This document shows positions 41,251-55,400 of a stretch of 64,000 nucleotides of DNA, piece by piece. Origin of the DNA: Haplodiscus bocki (lineage: Eukaryota); contig OZ296648.1 in NCBI GenBank assembly GCA_965655095.1, forward strand, positions 50,592,001-50,656,000, read 5' to 3'. The notes below the pieces were generated by a model. The model was not told where the DNA came from, did not search any database, and was given only the letters and a program-made list of their open reading frames with translations. The translations under genes and the position numbers were made by a program. The stretch's first letter is position 1. Every line of letters begins with the position of its first letter.

Positions 41251-44200
41251 GAGAAACGAAATTACGGTCCTCGATAACTACAGGTTTAATTTCTGTCATA
41301 GGGAATCTGTACGGAATAATTTTCACTTTCCTTGGATCATTGGTTGAAAAAATCATTGATTTTTCATCCTTCTATCACATTCCTGACATTCCGAATTTTC
41401 CGACAGATTCAACTTTTTTTGATAAAGCCTGATATTCACATTCAGTTATCTCGTTAACGATCGATTTGATTTCTTTATTAGCGTGCCAATCCTAAAATGT
41501 ATTTTAAGAAAAAAGATTTCGATTGAAACTCATTGAGTTAAATCTGTTCAACAAAATCCAGATAATAACAAAAAGCGAAGGTAGTTCTATCATTGATTTA
41601 TCGCGGTTTTCAAAATAATACTTCTCCGTAACTACAGGTTTGATACCCTCATCAAGCCTTCATTGGAGCCCTTTTTACTTTTGGTAGAGAGTTCGATGGA
41701 AATGTCTTTTAGGATGTTCTTTAAATCAGAATCTTGAGAGTCTGATCGGTGCAAAAGGAACTGTTGGGTCTGATCCATCTTGAGATACGAGTTGCTTTTT
41801 CTCCATAACGGCCAGTTTAAATTCATTCTTCACAGTCTCCATTGACAGATAATTAATTTGCTGAGGAATTCCGGTTTTAAAAAGCAGTGACTTAGTTGCT
41901 TGACCCGGAATCCTGATAGTTGGAAAAAGACAACGAATTGCTATTTTTTCTGACGTTCTTCTTTTCCTTCCTTTTCTTCAACTCATGGTTCTCTAATTTC
42001 GCTGACTAGTAAGCGCGCAATTTTCGGCGAATGAATTTCAGTGCTTTGAAAAATACATATACATGAACGTTTCCGCGGTTTGGAAGCAACACGCAGCAGA
42101 TTCGAATCCGGCTTCCGGCTTAAGTTTTTCCAATTTTAGATACTGGTTTACGGATTCTTCTATTTTTAAACGAAAAACAGATGTTTTCTCAACAAAAGTC
42201 AGCGATTTCCGATCAATGGGCTCTATTTTGTCGGAAAAATTTCCAGTTTCTAGGGTAATTGGAGCAAGTAGGTTTTTGGCATTTTTTTCACAAAAGTGGG
42301 CAAAAAGTGATTTTCCAAGGGATACGTATGAAGTTGAAAGTTTGTAAATCTGCTGAAAAGTATAATTGTAGGTGTTAATAACTATTTTTTTTCAATATCT
42401 GGTTGTCAGTTTTTACAGTACCCTTGTTTCTACTGTGTCAAAACAATTTGCCTGCAGAAAAACTGGTAGAGGAACATAAAGCTCTTGATCTTCAGAGTGA
42501 GGGAACCTAGAAAATGCATTCAGTCTCGAAATTCTTCTTGGTTGCTAGTATTTCTTCTCCAAAAGTCCAACACTCTTTTCTTTCCTCTATGTTTCAATCA
42601 GGTGGTTGGTACTATTTAAGCGTACTCCTTCAAAAACGGTGGATCAGAGCCTTGTGAACGGATAGTACTAATTTGCCGAAGCTGCAATCATTATTGAGCT
42701 GTCTCGTATTCGAAATCTTCCTCTCAGCAACTATTGGTTTGATTTTTTCCATCAAGGTCTCAACGGTAAAAATCACCTACTTAAAAGGACATAAAAACCA
42801 GAGAAAAAGTTTTTGCAACATGAGTCAAGTTCCTGTTTGTCCAGAGTTTGAGAAAAAGGTACTTAGACATGATTGTCTCGGTTTGCAAACTCCAACAACT
42901 CAAAAACTATAAATGTGTTTCCTTGCAATTGGGACTAATTGAAAACATTTTTCTTCGAGGGGCGCAGTTCGCAAAAAACTGGCCATTTTTCATGCCTGCA
43001 TCAGATACATGAGAAATCGAAAAAACCTAAAGAGCTACTGACAAGGTGTCTTCTTGAGAAACGAAATTACGTTCCTCGATAACTACAGGTTTAATTTGTC
43101 ATCCGGAATCTCTATGGAATGTTTTTCACTTTCAATGGAGCACCGGTTGGAAAAGTCATCGATTTTCATCCTTGTATCAAAATCCTGATAGTCCGCGTTT
43201 TCTGAAATGTTCAACTAGTTTTGATAAAGCTTGATATCCACATTCAATTTTCTCGGTAACGAACGATTTGATTTTTTCAGTGGCGTAGCATTCGTAAATT
43301 GTTTATTCAAAGAAAAGATTTTGATTGAAACTCCCTGAAACATCAAAATCCAGATAATAACAATAAACGAAGGTGGTTCCATCATTGATTTATCGCGATA
43401 TTCAGAATAATACTTCTCCGTAACTACAGGTTTGATACCCTCATCAAGCCTTCATTGGAACCATTTTTACTTTTTGGAGAGAGTTCGATGGAAATGTCAT
43501 TTAAGCTGTTCTTTAAATCAGAATCTTGAGAGTCTGACTGGTGCAAAAGGAGCTGTTAGTTCTGATCCATCTTTAGATACAAGTTGCCTTTTTTCCATAA
43601 CGGCCAGTTTAAATTCATTCTTCACAGTCTCGATTGACAGATAATTATTTTTGCTGAGGAATTCCGGTTTTAAAAAGCCTTGACTTTGTTACTTGACCCG
43701 AAATCCTGATAATTGGAAAAAGACAACGAATTGCTATTTTTTCTGACGTTCTTCTTTTCCTTCCTTTCCTTCAGCTCATGGTTCTCTTTTTTCGCTGACT
43801 AATGAGCGCGCATTTTTCGGCGAGTAAACTTCAGTGCTTTGAAAAATACATATACATGAACGTTTCCGCGGTTTGGAAGCAACACGCAGCAGATTCGAAT
43901 CCGGCTTCCGGCTTAAGTTTTTCCAATTTTAGATACTGGTTAACGGACTCTTTTTTTTAAACGAAAATCAGATGTTTTCTCAACAAAAGTCAGCGATTTC
44001 CGATCAGTGGGCTCTATTTTGTCGGAAAAGTTTCCGGTTTCTACAGTAATTGAATCGAGTAGGTTTTTCGCATTTTTTTTCACAAAAGTGGGCAAAAATT
44101 GATTTTCCAAGGGATACGTATGAAGATGAAAGTTTGTAAATCTGCTGAAAAGTATATTTGTAGGTCTTAATAACTAATTTTTTTGAATTTTTGTTTGTCA

Positions 44201-47200
44201 GTTTTTCCATTACGTTTATTTCTACTGTGTCAAAACAGTTCGTCTCCAGAAAAACTGGTAAAGGAACATAAAGTCCTTGATCTTCAGAGTGAAGAAAGCT
44301 AGAAAACGCATTCAGTCTCGAAATTCTTCTTGGTTACTAGTATTTCTTCTCCAAAAGTCCAACACTCTTTTCTGTCCTCTATGTCTCAATCAGGTGGTTG
44401 GTACTTTTTAAGCGTAATCCTTCAAAAACGGTGGTTCAGAGCCTTGTGAACGGATAGTACTAATTTTCCGAAGCTGCAATCATTATTGAGCTGTCTCGTA
44501 TTCGAAATCTTCGTCTCAGCAACTATTGGTTTGATTCTTTCCATCAATGTCTGAAGTGTAAAAGTCACCTACGTAAAAGGGACCAAAAACCAAAGAAAGA
44601 ACTTTTTGCAACATGTATCAAGTTCCTGTTTGTCCAGATTTTGAGAAAAAGGTACTTAGACATGATTGTTCCGGTTTGCAAACTCAAACAACTCAAAAAC
44701 TAAAACTTTGATTTCTTCCAATTGGGACACAATTGAAAACATTTTTCTTCGAGGGGCGCAATTGGTGAAAAAAAGGCCATTTTTCATGCCTGCATCACAT
44801 ACATGAGAAATCGAAAAAACCTAAAGAGCTACTGACAATGTGTCTTCTTGGGAAACGAAATTACGTTCCTCAATAACTACAGGTTCAATTTCTGTCATCC
44901 GGAATCTCTATGGAATGTTTTTCACTTTCAATGGAGCACTGGTTGGAAAAGTCATCGATTTCCATCCTTGTATCAAAATCCTGATAGTCCGAGATTTCCG
45001 AAATGTTCAACTAGTTTTGGTAAAGCTTGATATCCACATTCAATTTTCTCGGTAACGAACGTTTTGATTTTTTCATTGGTGTAGCAATCTTAAAACGTAT
45101 ATTTATAGAAGGGGTTTTGATTGAAACTCCTTGGAACATCAAAATCCAGATAATAACAAAAAACTAACGTGGTTCTAACATTGATTTATCGCGGTGTCCA
45201 AAATAATACTTCTCCGTAACTAACGGTTTGATACCCTCATCAAGCCTTTATTGGAACCATTTTTACTTTCGGAAGAGAATTCGATGGAAATGTCATTTAG
45301 GATGTTCTTTGAATCAGAATCTTGAGAGTCTGATCGGTGCAAAAGGAACTGTTGGTTCTGATCCATCTTGAGAAACAAGTTGCCTTTTCTCCATAACGGC
45401 CAGTTTAAATTCATTCTTCACAGTCTCCATTGACAGATGATTAATTTGCTGAGGAACTCCGGTTTTAAAAAGCAGTGACTTTGTTGCTTGACCGGGAATC
45501 CTGATAGTTGGAAAAAGACAACGAATTGCTATTTTTTCTGACGTTCTGCTTTTCCTTCCTTTTCTTCAACTCATGGTTCTCTAATTTCGCTGACTAGTGA
45601 GCGCGCAATTTTCGGCGAATGAATTTCAGTGCTTTGAAAAGTACATATACATGAACGTTTCCGCGGTTTGGAAGCAACACGCAGCAGATTCGAATCCTGC
45701 TTTCGGCTTAAGTTTTTCCATTTTTAGATACTGGTTAACGCACTCTTTTTTTTAAACGAAAATCAGATGTTTTCTCAACAAAAGTCAGCGATATCCAATC
45801 AGTGGGCTCTATTTTGTCGGAAAAGTTTCCGGTTTCTACAGTAATTGAATCGAGTAGGTTTTTCGCATTTTTTTTCACAAAAGTGGGCAAAAAGTGATTT
45901 TCCAAGGGATATGTATGAAATTGAAAGTATGTAAATCTGCTGAAAAGTATAAATGTAGGTCTTAATAACTAATTTTTTTGAATTTTTGGTTGTCAGTTTT
46001 CCAAGTACGTTTGTTTCTACTGTGTCAAAACAATTTGTCTCCAGAAAAACTGGTAAAGGAACATAAAGTCCTTGATCTTCAGAGTGAAGAAAGCTAGAAA
46101 ACGCATTCAGTCTCGAAATTCTTCTTGGTTAATAGTATATCTTCTCCAAAAGTCCAACACTCTTTTCTATCCTCTATGTCTCAATCAGGTGGTTGGTACT
46201 TATTAAGCGTACTCCTTCAAAAACGGTGGTTCAGAGCCTTGTGAACGGCTAGTAATAATTTGCGAGGCTGCAATCATTATTGAGCTGTCTCGTATTCGAA
46301 ATCTTCGTCTCAGCAACTATTGGTTTGATTTTTTCCATCAAGGTCTGAAGTGTAAAAGTCACCTACGTAAAAGGGAGCAAAAACCAAAGAAAGAACTTTT
46401 TGCAACTTGTATCAAGTTCCTGTTTGTCCAGATTTTGAGAAAAAGGTACTTAGACATGATTGTCCCGGTTTGCAAACTCCAACAACTCAAAAACTATAAA
46501 CTTGTTTTCTTGCAATTGGGACTCAATTGAAAACATTTTTCTTCGAGGGGCGCATTTGGTGAAAAACTGGCCATTTTTGATGCTTGCATCACATACATGA
46601 GGAATCGAGAAAAAACCTAAAAAGCTACTGGTAATGTGACTTCTTGAGAGACGAAATTACGTTGCTCGATAACTACGGGTTTAAATTCTGTCATCTGGAA
46701 TCTCTATAGAATGTTTTTCACTTTCAATGGAGCACTGGTTGGAAAAGTCTTCGATTTTCATCCTTGTATCAAAATCCTGATAGTACGAGTTTTCCGAAAG
46801 GTTCAACTATTTTTGATAAAGCTTGATATCCACATTCAATTTTCTCGGTAACGAACGATTTGATTTTTTCACTGGCGTAGCAATCTTGAAATGTATACAG
46901 AAATGATGTTGATTGAAACTCCTTGAAACATCAAAATCCGGATAATAACAAAAAGCGAAGGTGGTTCTATCATTGATTTATCGCGGTATTCAAAATAAAA
47001 CTTTTGTGTAACTACAGGTTTGATACCCTCATCAAGCCTTCATTGGAACCATTTTTACTTTTGGAAGAGAGTTCGATAGAATTTTCATTTTAGATATTCT
47101 TTAAATCAGAATCTTGAGAGTTTGATTGGCGCAAAAGGAACTGTTGGTTCTGATCCATCTTGAGAAACAAGTTGCATTTTCTCAATAACGGCCAGTTTAA

Positions 47201-50200
47201 ATTCATTCTTCACAGTCTCCATTGACAGATAATTAATTTGCTGAGGAATTCCGGTTTTAAAAAACATTGACTTTGTTACTTGACCGGGAATCCTGATAGT
47301 TGGAAAAAGACAACGAATTGCAATTTTTTTGACGTTCTCCTTTTCCTTCCTTCCCTTCAACTCATGGTTCTTTAATTTCGCTGACTAATGAGCGCGCATT
47401 TTTCGGCGAATAAAGTTCAGTGCTTTGAAAAGTACATACGCATGAAAGTTTCCGCGGTTTACAAGCAACAAGCAGCAGATTCGAGTCCTGCTTTCGGCTT
47501 AAGTTTTTCCATTTTTAGATACTGGTTAACGGATTCTTCTTTTTTTTTAAACGAAAAACAGATGTTTTCTCAACAAAAGTCAGCGATTTCCAATCAATGG
47601 GCTCTGTTTTGTCCGAAAAATTTCCAGTTTCTACAGTAATTGAATCGAGTAGGTTTTTCGCGTTTTTTTTCACAAAAGTGGGCAAAAAGTGATTTTCCAA
47701 GGGATACGTATGAAGTTGAAAATATGTAAATCTGCTGAAAAGTATAATTGTAGGTCTTAATAACTAATTTTTTTGCATTTTTGGTTGCCAGTTTTTCCAG
47801 TACGTTTGTTTCTACTGTGTCAAAACAATTTGTCTCCAGAAAAACTGGTAAAGGAACATAAAGTCCTTGATCTTCAGAGTGAAGAAAGCTAGAAAACGCA
47901 TTCAGTCTCGAAATTCTTCTTGGTTACTAGTATATCTTCTCCAAAAGTCCAACACTCTTTTCTTTCCTCTATGTCTCAATCAGGTGGTTGGTACTTATTA
48001 AGCGTACTCCTTCAAAAACGGTGGTTCAGAGCCTTGTGAACGGCTAGTACTAATTTGCCGAAGCTGCAATCATTATTGAGCTGTCTCGTATTCGAAATCT
48101 TCGTCTCAGCAACTATTGGTTTGATCTTTTCCATCAAGGTCTGAAGTGTAAAAGTCACCTACGTAAAAGGGAGCAAAAACCAAAGAAAGAACTTTTTGCA
48201 ACATGTATCAAGTACCTGTTTGTCCAGATTTTGAGAAAAAGGTACTTAGACATGATTGTCCCGGTTTGCAAACTCCAACAACTCAAAAACTATAAATTTG
48301 TTTTCTTGCATTTGGGACTCAATTGACAACATTTTTCTTCGAGGGGCGCATTTGGTGAAAAACTGGCCATTTTTGATGCTTGCATCACATACATGTGGAA
48401 TCGAGAAAAAACCTAAGAAGCTACTGGTAATGTGACTTCTTGAGAGACGAAATTACGTTGCTCGATAACTACGGGTTTAAATTCTGTCATCTGGAATCTC
48501 TATAGAATGTTTTTCACTTTCAATGGAGCACTGGTTGGAAAAGTCTTCGATTTTCATCCTTGTATCAAAATCCTGATAGTACGAGTTTTCCGAAAGGTTC
48601 AACTATTTTTGATAAAGCTTGATATCCACATTCAATTTTCTCGGTAACGAACGATTTGATTTTTTCACTGGCGTAGCAATCTTGAAATGTATACAGAAAT
48701 GATGTTGATTGAAACTCCTTGAAACATCAAAATCCGGATAATAACAAAAAGCGAAGGTGGTTCTATCATTGATTTATCGCGGTATTCAAAATAAAACTTT
48801 TGTGTAACTACAGGTTTGATACCCTCATCAAGCCTTCATTGGAACCATTTTTACTTTTGGAAGAGAGTTCGATAGAATTTTCATTTTAGATGTTCTTTAA
48901 ATCAGAATCTTGAGAGTTTGATTGGCGCAAAAGGAACTTTTGGTTCTGATCCATCTTGAGAAACAAGTTGCCTTTTCTCAATAACGGCCAGTTTAAATTC
49001 ATTCTTCACAGTCTCCATTGACAGATAATTAATTTGCTGAGGAATTCCGGTTTTAAAAAACATTGACTTTGTTACTTGACCGGGAATCCTGATAGTTGGA
49101 AAAAGACAACGAATTGCAATTTTTTTGACGTTCTTCTTTTCCTTCCTTTCCTTCAACTCATGGTTCTTTATTTTCGCTGACTAATGAGCGCGCATTTTTC
49201 GGCGACTAAATTTCAGTGCTTTGAAAAGTACATACGCATGAAAGTTTCCGCGGTTTACAAGCAACAAGCAGCAGATTCGAGTCCTGCTTTCGGCTTAAGT
49301 TTTTCCATTTTTAGATACTGGATAACGGATTCTTCTTTTTTTTAAACGAAAAACAGATGTTTTCTCAACAAAAGTCAGCGATTTCCAATCAATGGGCTCT
49401 GTTTTGTCCGAAAAATTTCCAGTTTCTACAGTAATTGAATCGAATAGGATTTTCGCATTTTTTTTTTCACAAAAGTGGGCAAAAAGTGATTTTCCACGGG
49501 ATACGTATGAAGTTGAAAGTATGTAAATCTGATGAAAAGTACAAATGTATGTGTTAATAACTAGTTTTTTTGAATTTCTGGTGGTCAGTTTTTCCAGTAC
49601 CTTCGTTTCTACTGTGTGAAAACAATTTGACTCCAGAAAAACTGGTAAAGGAACATAAAGTCCTTGATCTTCAGAGTGAAGAAAGCTAGAAAACGCATTC
49701 AGTCTCGAAATTCTTCTTGGTTACTAGTATATCTTCTCCAAAAGTCCAACACTCTTTTCTTTCCTCTATGTCTCAATCAGGTGGTTGGTACTTATTAAGC
49801 GTACTCCTTCAAAAACGGTGGTTCAGAGCCCTGTGAACGGCTAGTACTAATTTGCCGAAGCTGCAATCATTATTGAGCTGTCTCGTATTCGAAATCTTCG
49901 TCTCAGCAACTATTGGTTTGATTTTTTCCATCAAGGTCTAAAGTGTAAAAGTCACCTACGTAAAAGGGAGCAAAAACCAAAGAAAGAACATTTTGCAACA
50001 TGTATCAAGTTCCTGTTTGTCCAGATTTTGAGAAAAAGGTACTTAGACATGATTGTCCCGGTTTGCAAATTCCAACAACTCAAAAACTATAAATTTGTTT
50101 TCTTGCAATTGGGACTCAATTGAGAACATTTTTCTTCGAGGGGCGCATTTGGTGAAAAAGTGGCCATTTTTGATGCTTGCATCACATACATGAGGAATCG

Positions 50201-52400
50201 AGAAAAAACCTAAAAAGCTACTGGTAATGTGACTTCTTGAGAGACGAAATTACGTTGCTCGATAACTACGGGTTTAAATTCTGTCATCTGGAATCTTTAT
50301 AGAATGTTTTTCACTTTCAATGGAGCACTGGTCGGAAAAGTCTTCGATTTTCATCCTTGTATCAAAATCCTGATAGTACGAGTTTTCCGAAAGGTTCAAC
50401 TATTTTTGATAAAGCTTGATATCCACATTCAATTTTCTCGGTAACGAACGATTTGATTTTTTCACTGGCGTAGCAATCTTAAAATGTATAGAGAAATGAT
50501 GTTGATTGAAACTCCTTGAAACATCAAAATCCGGATAATAACAAAAAGCGAAGGTGGTTCTATCATTGATTTATCGCGGTATTCAAAATAAAAATTCTGT
50601 GTAACTACAGGTTTGATACCCTCATCAAGCCTTCATTGGAACCATTTTTACTTTTGGAAGAGAGTTCGATAGAATTTTCATTTTAGATGTTCTTTAAATC
50701 AGAATCTTGAGAGTTTGATTGGCGCAAAAGGAACTTTTGGTTCTGATCCATCTTGAGAAACAAGTTGCCTTTTCTCAATAACGGCCAGTTTAAATTCATT
50801 CTTCACAGTCTCCATTGACAGATAATTAATTTGCTGAGGAATTCCGGTTTTAAAAAACATTGACTTTGTTACTTGACCGGGAATCCTGATAGTTGGAAAA
50901 AGACAACGAATTGCAATTTTTTTGACGTTCTTCTTTTCCTTCCTTTCCTTCAACTCATGGTACTTTATTTTCGCTGACTAATGAGCGCGCATTTTTCGGC
51001 GACTAAATTTCAGTGCTTTGAAAAGTACATACGCATGAAAGTTTCCGCGGTTTACAAGCAACAAGCAGCAGATTCGAGTCCTGCTTTCGGCTTAAGTTTT
51101 TCCATTTTTAGATACTGGATAACGGATTCTTCTTTTTTTTAAACGAAAAACAGATGTTTTCTCAACAAAAGTCAGCGATTTCCAATCAATGGGCTCTGTT
51201 TTGTCCGAAACATTTCCAGTTTCTACAGTAATTTAATCAAGTAGGTTTTTCGAATTTTTTTTTCACAAAAGTGGGCAAAAAGTGATTTTCCACGGGATAC
51301 GTATGAAGTTGAAAGTATGTAAATCTGATGAAAAGTACAAATGTATGTGTTAATAACTAATTTTTTGAATTTCTGGTGGTCAGTTTTTCCAGTACCTTCG
51401 TTTCTACTGTGTGAAAACAATTTGACTCCAGAAAAACTGGTAGAGGAACATAAAGTCCTTGATCTTCAGAGTGAAGAAAGCTAGAAAACGCATTCAGTCT
51501 CGAAATTCTTCTTGGTTACTAGTATTTCTTCTCCAAAAGTCCAACACTTTTTTCTGTCCTCTATGTCTCAATCAGGCGGTTTGTACTTATTAAGCGTATT
51601 CCTTCAAAAATGGTGGTTCAGTGCCTTGTGAACGGATATTACTACTTTTCCGAAGCTCCAATCAATATTGAGCTGTCTCGTATTCGAAATCTTCGTCTCA
51701 GCAACTATTGGTTTGATTTTTTCCATCAAGGTCTGAACGGTAAAAGCCACCTACGTAAAAGGAGATAAAAACCAGAGAAAGAACTTTTTTCAACAAGTAT
51801 CAATTTCCTGTTTGACCAGAGTTTGAGAAAAAGGTACTTAAACAAGATTCTCTGGGTTTGCAAACTCAAACAACTCAAAAACTAAAACTTTGATTTCTTC
51901 CAATTGGGACACAATTGAAAACATTTTTCTTCGAGGGGCGCAATTGTTGAAAAAGTGGCCATTTTTCATGCCTGCATCACATACATGAGAAATCGAAAAA
52001 ACCTAAAGAGCTACTGACAATGTGTCTTCTTGGGAAACGAAATTACGTTCCTCAATAACTACAGGTTCAATTTCTGTCATCCGGAATCTCTATAGAATGT
52101 TTTTCACTTTCAATGGAGCACTGGTTGGAAAAGTCTTCGATTTTCATCCTTGTATCAAAATCCTGATAGTACGAGTTTTCCGAAAGTTTCAACTAGTTTC
52201 GATAAAGCTTGATATTCACATTCAATTTTCTTGGTAACGAACGGTTTGATTTCTTCATTGGCGTAGCAATGTTAAAATGTATATTTAGAGAAAAGATGTT
52301 GACTGAAACTCCTTGAGTAAAATCTGTTCATCAAAATCCAGATAACAACAAAAAGCGAAGGTGGTTCTATCATTGATTTAACGCGGTATTCAAAATATTA
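41250..52400. repeat. C subfamily domain 2 (~6 units)
   Basis: The same C diagnostics are present. Units at ~46.5-51.5 kb share private variants (ggtttacaagc, gattcgagtcc, gagttcgatagaattttc) at ~1797 bp spacing. Confidence 0.87.
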
Positions 52401-55400
52401 CTTCTCCGTAACTACAGGTTTGTTATACTCATCAAGCTTTCATTCGGACAATATTTACTTGTGGAAAATATTTCGATTGAAAAATCACTTGAAGTGAAGT
52501 GTCCCTAAATCAGAATTTTGAGAATCTGATTGGTGTAAAGGGGGCTATTAGTTTTGATTCATCTTGAGATACAAATTACCTTTTCCCCAGAGCGGTCAGC
52601 ATAAATTCTTTCTTCAGAGTTTCACTTGACAGATAATTAGTTTGCTGAGGCTTTTTAGTCTTGAAAAGCATTGATTTTACTCCTTGACCGGGTATGTTGA
52701 TAGTTGAAAAAAGACTACTTTTTCTGACGTTCTTCCTTTCCTTCAACTCATGGTTCTCAATTACCGATGACTAATGCGCGTGCAACTTGTGGAGAGGAAG
52801 TTTTAGTGCCTCGAAAATTACATAAGTATTAAAGTCTCCGAGGTTATGAAGCAACAAGCAGCAGGTTCGAATCCTGCATTCGGCCTTACTTTTTACAGTT
52901 TTAGACGCTGGTGAACGCCTTCTCTTTTTTAAACGAAAAAAAAACAATGTTTTCCCGACAAAATTCAATGCCTTTCAATCATTGGATTCAATGTCGTCGT
53001 GAAAATTTCCCTGTTTCTACCATAATTGAAGCAAACAGGTTTTCCGCCATCTTTTCCGGAAAAGCGGATAAAAATCGATTCTCCAAAAAGGCCGTAAGAA
53101 GTTGAAAAATTGTATATCTGCTAAAAAATATGGTTGAACGTGTAAATAGTCCATTTTGTTTTCAATTTTTGTTAAAAGTTTTTCCACTATCCTTGTTTCT
53201 CCAGGATAGTGGACCAATTTATTTCGAAGAAACTGCTATTTGAACATGTAGTTCTCTGATCCTCAGATTGAGAAAAGCAGGAAAGTGCATTTAGTTTTGA
53301 ACTTCCTCTTTGTTGCTACTCTTTTTTCTCTAAAAGTCCAAGGCTCATTTCTTTCATCTACTTCTCAGTAACAAGGTTTGTTCTTGTTAGGAGTACTCCT
53401 TCAAAAAATGGTGGTCCAGTGTTTTTTTACCGGATGGTACTAAACTTCCAAAGTGCTATCATTTTTTATCTATCTCGAATTCGAACTTTTCGTCTCACCA
53501 ACTGCAGAATTGATTTATTCCATCATGGTCTGAACAGAAAAGTTCTTATACGTAAAGGGGGATAAGTTTCAGACAACCATTTGTTTTGAAGCTTTGAAGC
53601 ATGATTCAAGTTCCTGTTTGTCCAGAGTTTGGAGAATTGGTACTGAGATAAGATTTTCTCGATTGTCAATCTCAAACAGCTCAGAAACTGCAGGTTTGAC
53701 TTCTTCCATTTGGGACTCAATCGAAAATTTTTTTCTTCGAGAGGTGTATTTGGTGAAAAACTGGCCAATTTTCATAGTTGCATCACATTCATGAAAAACC
53801 GAAAACTCCTAGAGTGCTACTAATAATGTGTCTTCTCAAGAAATGAAAATACGTTCCTCCATAAATACAGCTTTAAATACAGTCATCGGGAATCTCTAAG
53901 GAAAATTTTACACATTCAAGGGAACATTGGCTGAAAAAGTTAAAGATTTTCATCCTTGTATCAAAATCCTGCATTTCCGAAAATCTGAAAGGTTCCACTA
54001 TTTTTGGTACAACTCGATATTCACATTCATTTATTTCGGGAAATACTTGTTTGATTTCGTTCATCAGCGTGGCAATCCGAAAACGTGTACTTAGAGAAAG
54101 CACTTCAATTGAAACTCATTGGAATCGTTCTTTGCTCCAAAATCCAGATAATAACAAAATTCGAAGATTATTTTATTATCGATTTCTCACGGTTTTCAAA
54201 AGCATATTTATCCGAAACCACAGACTTGATTTCATTATCAAGTTTCCATTCGAGCATTTTTTGTTTGTGGAATAAACTTCGATTGAAATGTTGTTTAAGG
54301 TGTTTTTCAAATCAGAATTTTGACAATCTGAATGCTGCAAAACGAGTTATCTTTTCTGATTCATCTTGAGATACAAATTCTTTTCTTCTCCTGAACAGCC
54401 AGCTTCAGTTTCTTCACCAAGATCTCAAAACAAAAACCTTTAAAGGCCGAGGAACTATAGTTTTGAAAAACATTGATTTCGGTCCAATCGTTCGAATTTT
54501 GAATATTCGAAAGAGCCAAAGAACTGCTATACTATTTGATGTTCCTCGTTATCTTGAATTGTTGATTTCCATAACCGCTGAGACGGGTGCGCGCATTTTG
54601 CAGAGAAGAACCGCTGGTGCAGTGAAGAACGCATATGTATGGGCGTCAACGCAGAAAGGAGGCAACAAGAAGCAGATTATATTTCTGCTGTCGACCTTAA
54701 ATTAACAACTTTTAGATACTCGTTAACGCATTCTTTTCTAATACCAAAAAACAAAGGCTTTCTCGAAGAAATTCAACGTCTTTCAAACATTGGGCTCCAT
54801 TTCATCGGAAAACTTATCCTTTTTCCACCGTAATTGAAGCAAATTCTTTTTTTGCCACCTTTATCAGAAAAGCGTGTAAAAATCGAGTTGCCAAAAAAAA
54901 CGTAAGAAGTTGAAAGTCTGTAAATCTGATGATCAATGTAGTTGAAGGTGAAAAAACTGATATTTTCTTCATTGTTGGGTTATCAGTTTTTCCATTATCT
55001 TTGTTTTTCCAGAGTCCAAAAACGTTGTTTCGAAAAAAAACTGCTATTGGAACATGTAGTTCTTTGATGCTCGGGTTGAGAATTACCAGAAAGCGCGTTT
55101 AGTTTTGAGCTGTTTCTTTGTTGCTGCAGATTCTTCTTTGTTTCCGATACCTCTTCTCTCAAAACCAGTGCTCATTTCTTTTATCTATGTCTGAAAAAAC
55201 GGCTTGTACTTGTTAAGAGTATTCAATGAAACAAAGGTGGTCCAGTGCCTAGTGACCAGATAGTACTAGACTTCCCAAAAGTGCTATCATTACTGATCTA
55301 TTTCCTATTCGAACTCTTCGTCTCAGCAACTACAGGTTTCATTTGTTACATCAGAGTCTGAACGGAAAAACGTACACGTGTGGAAAGCAAAATACTTTCA

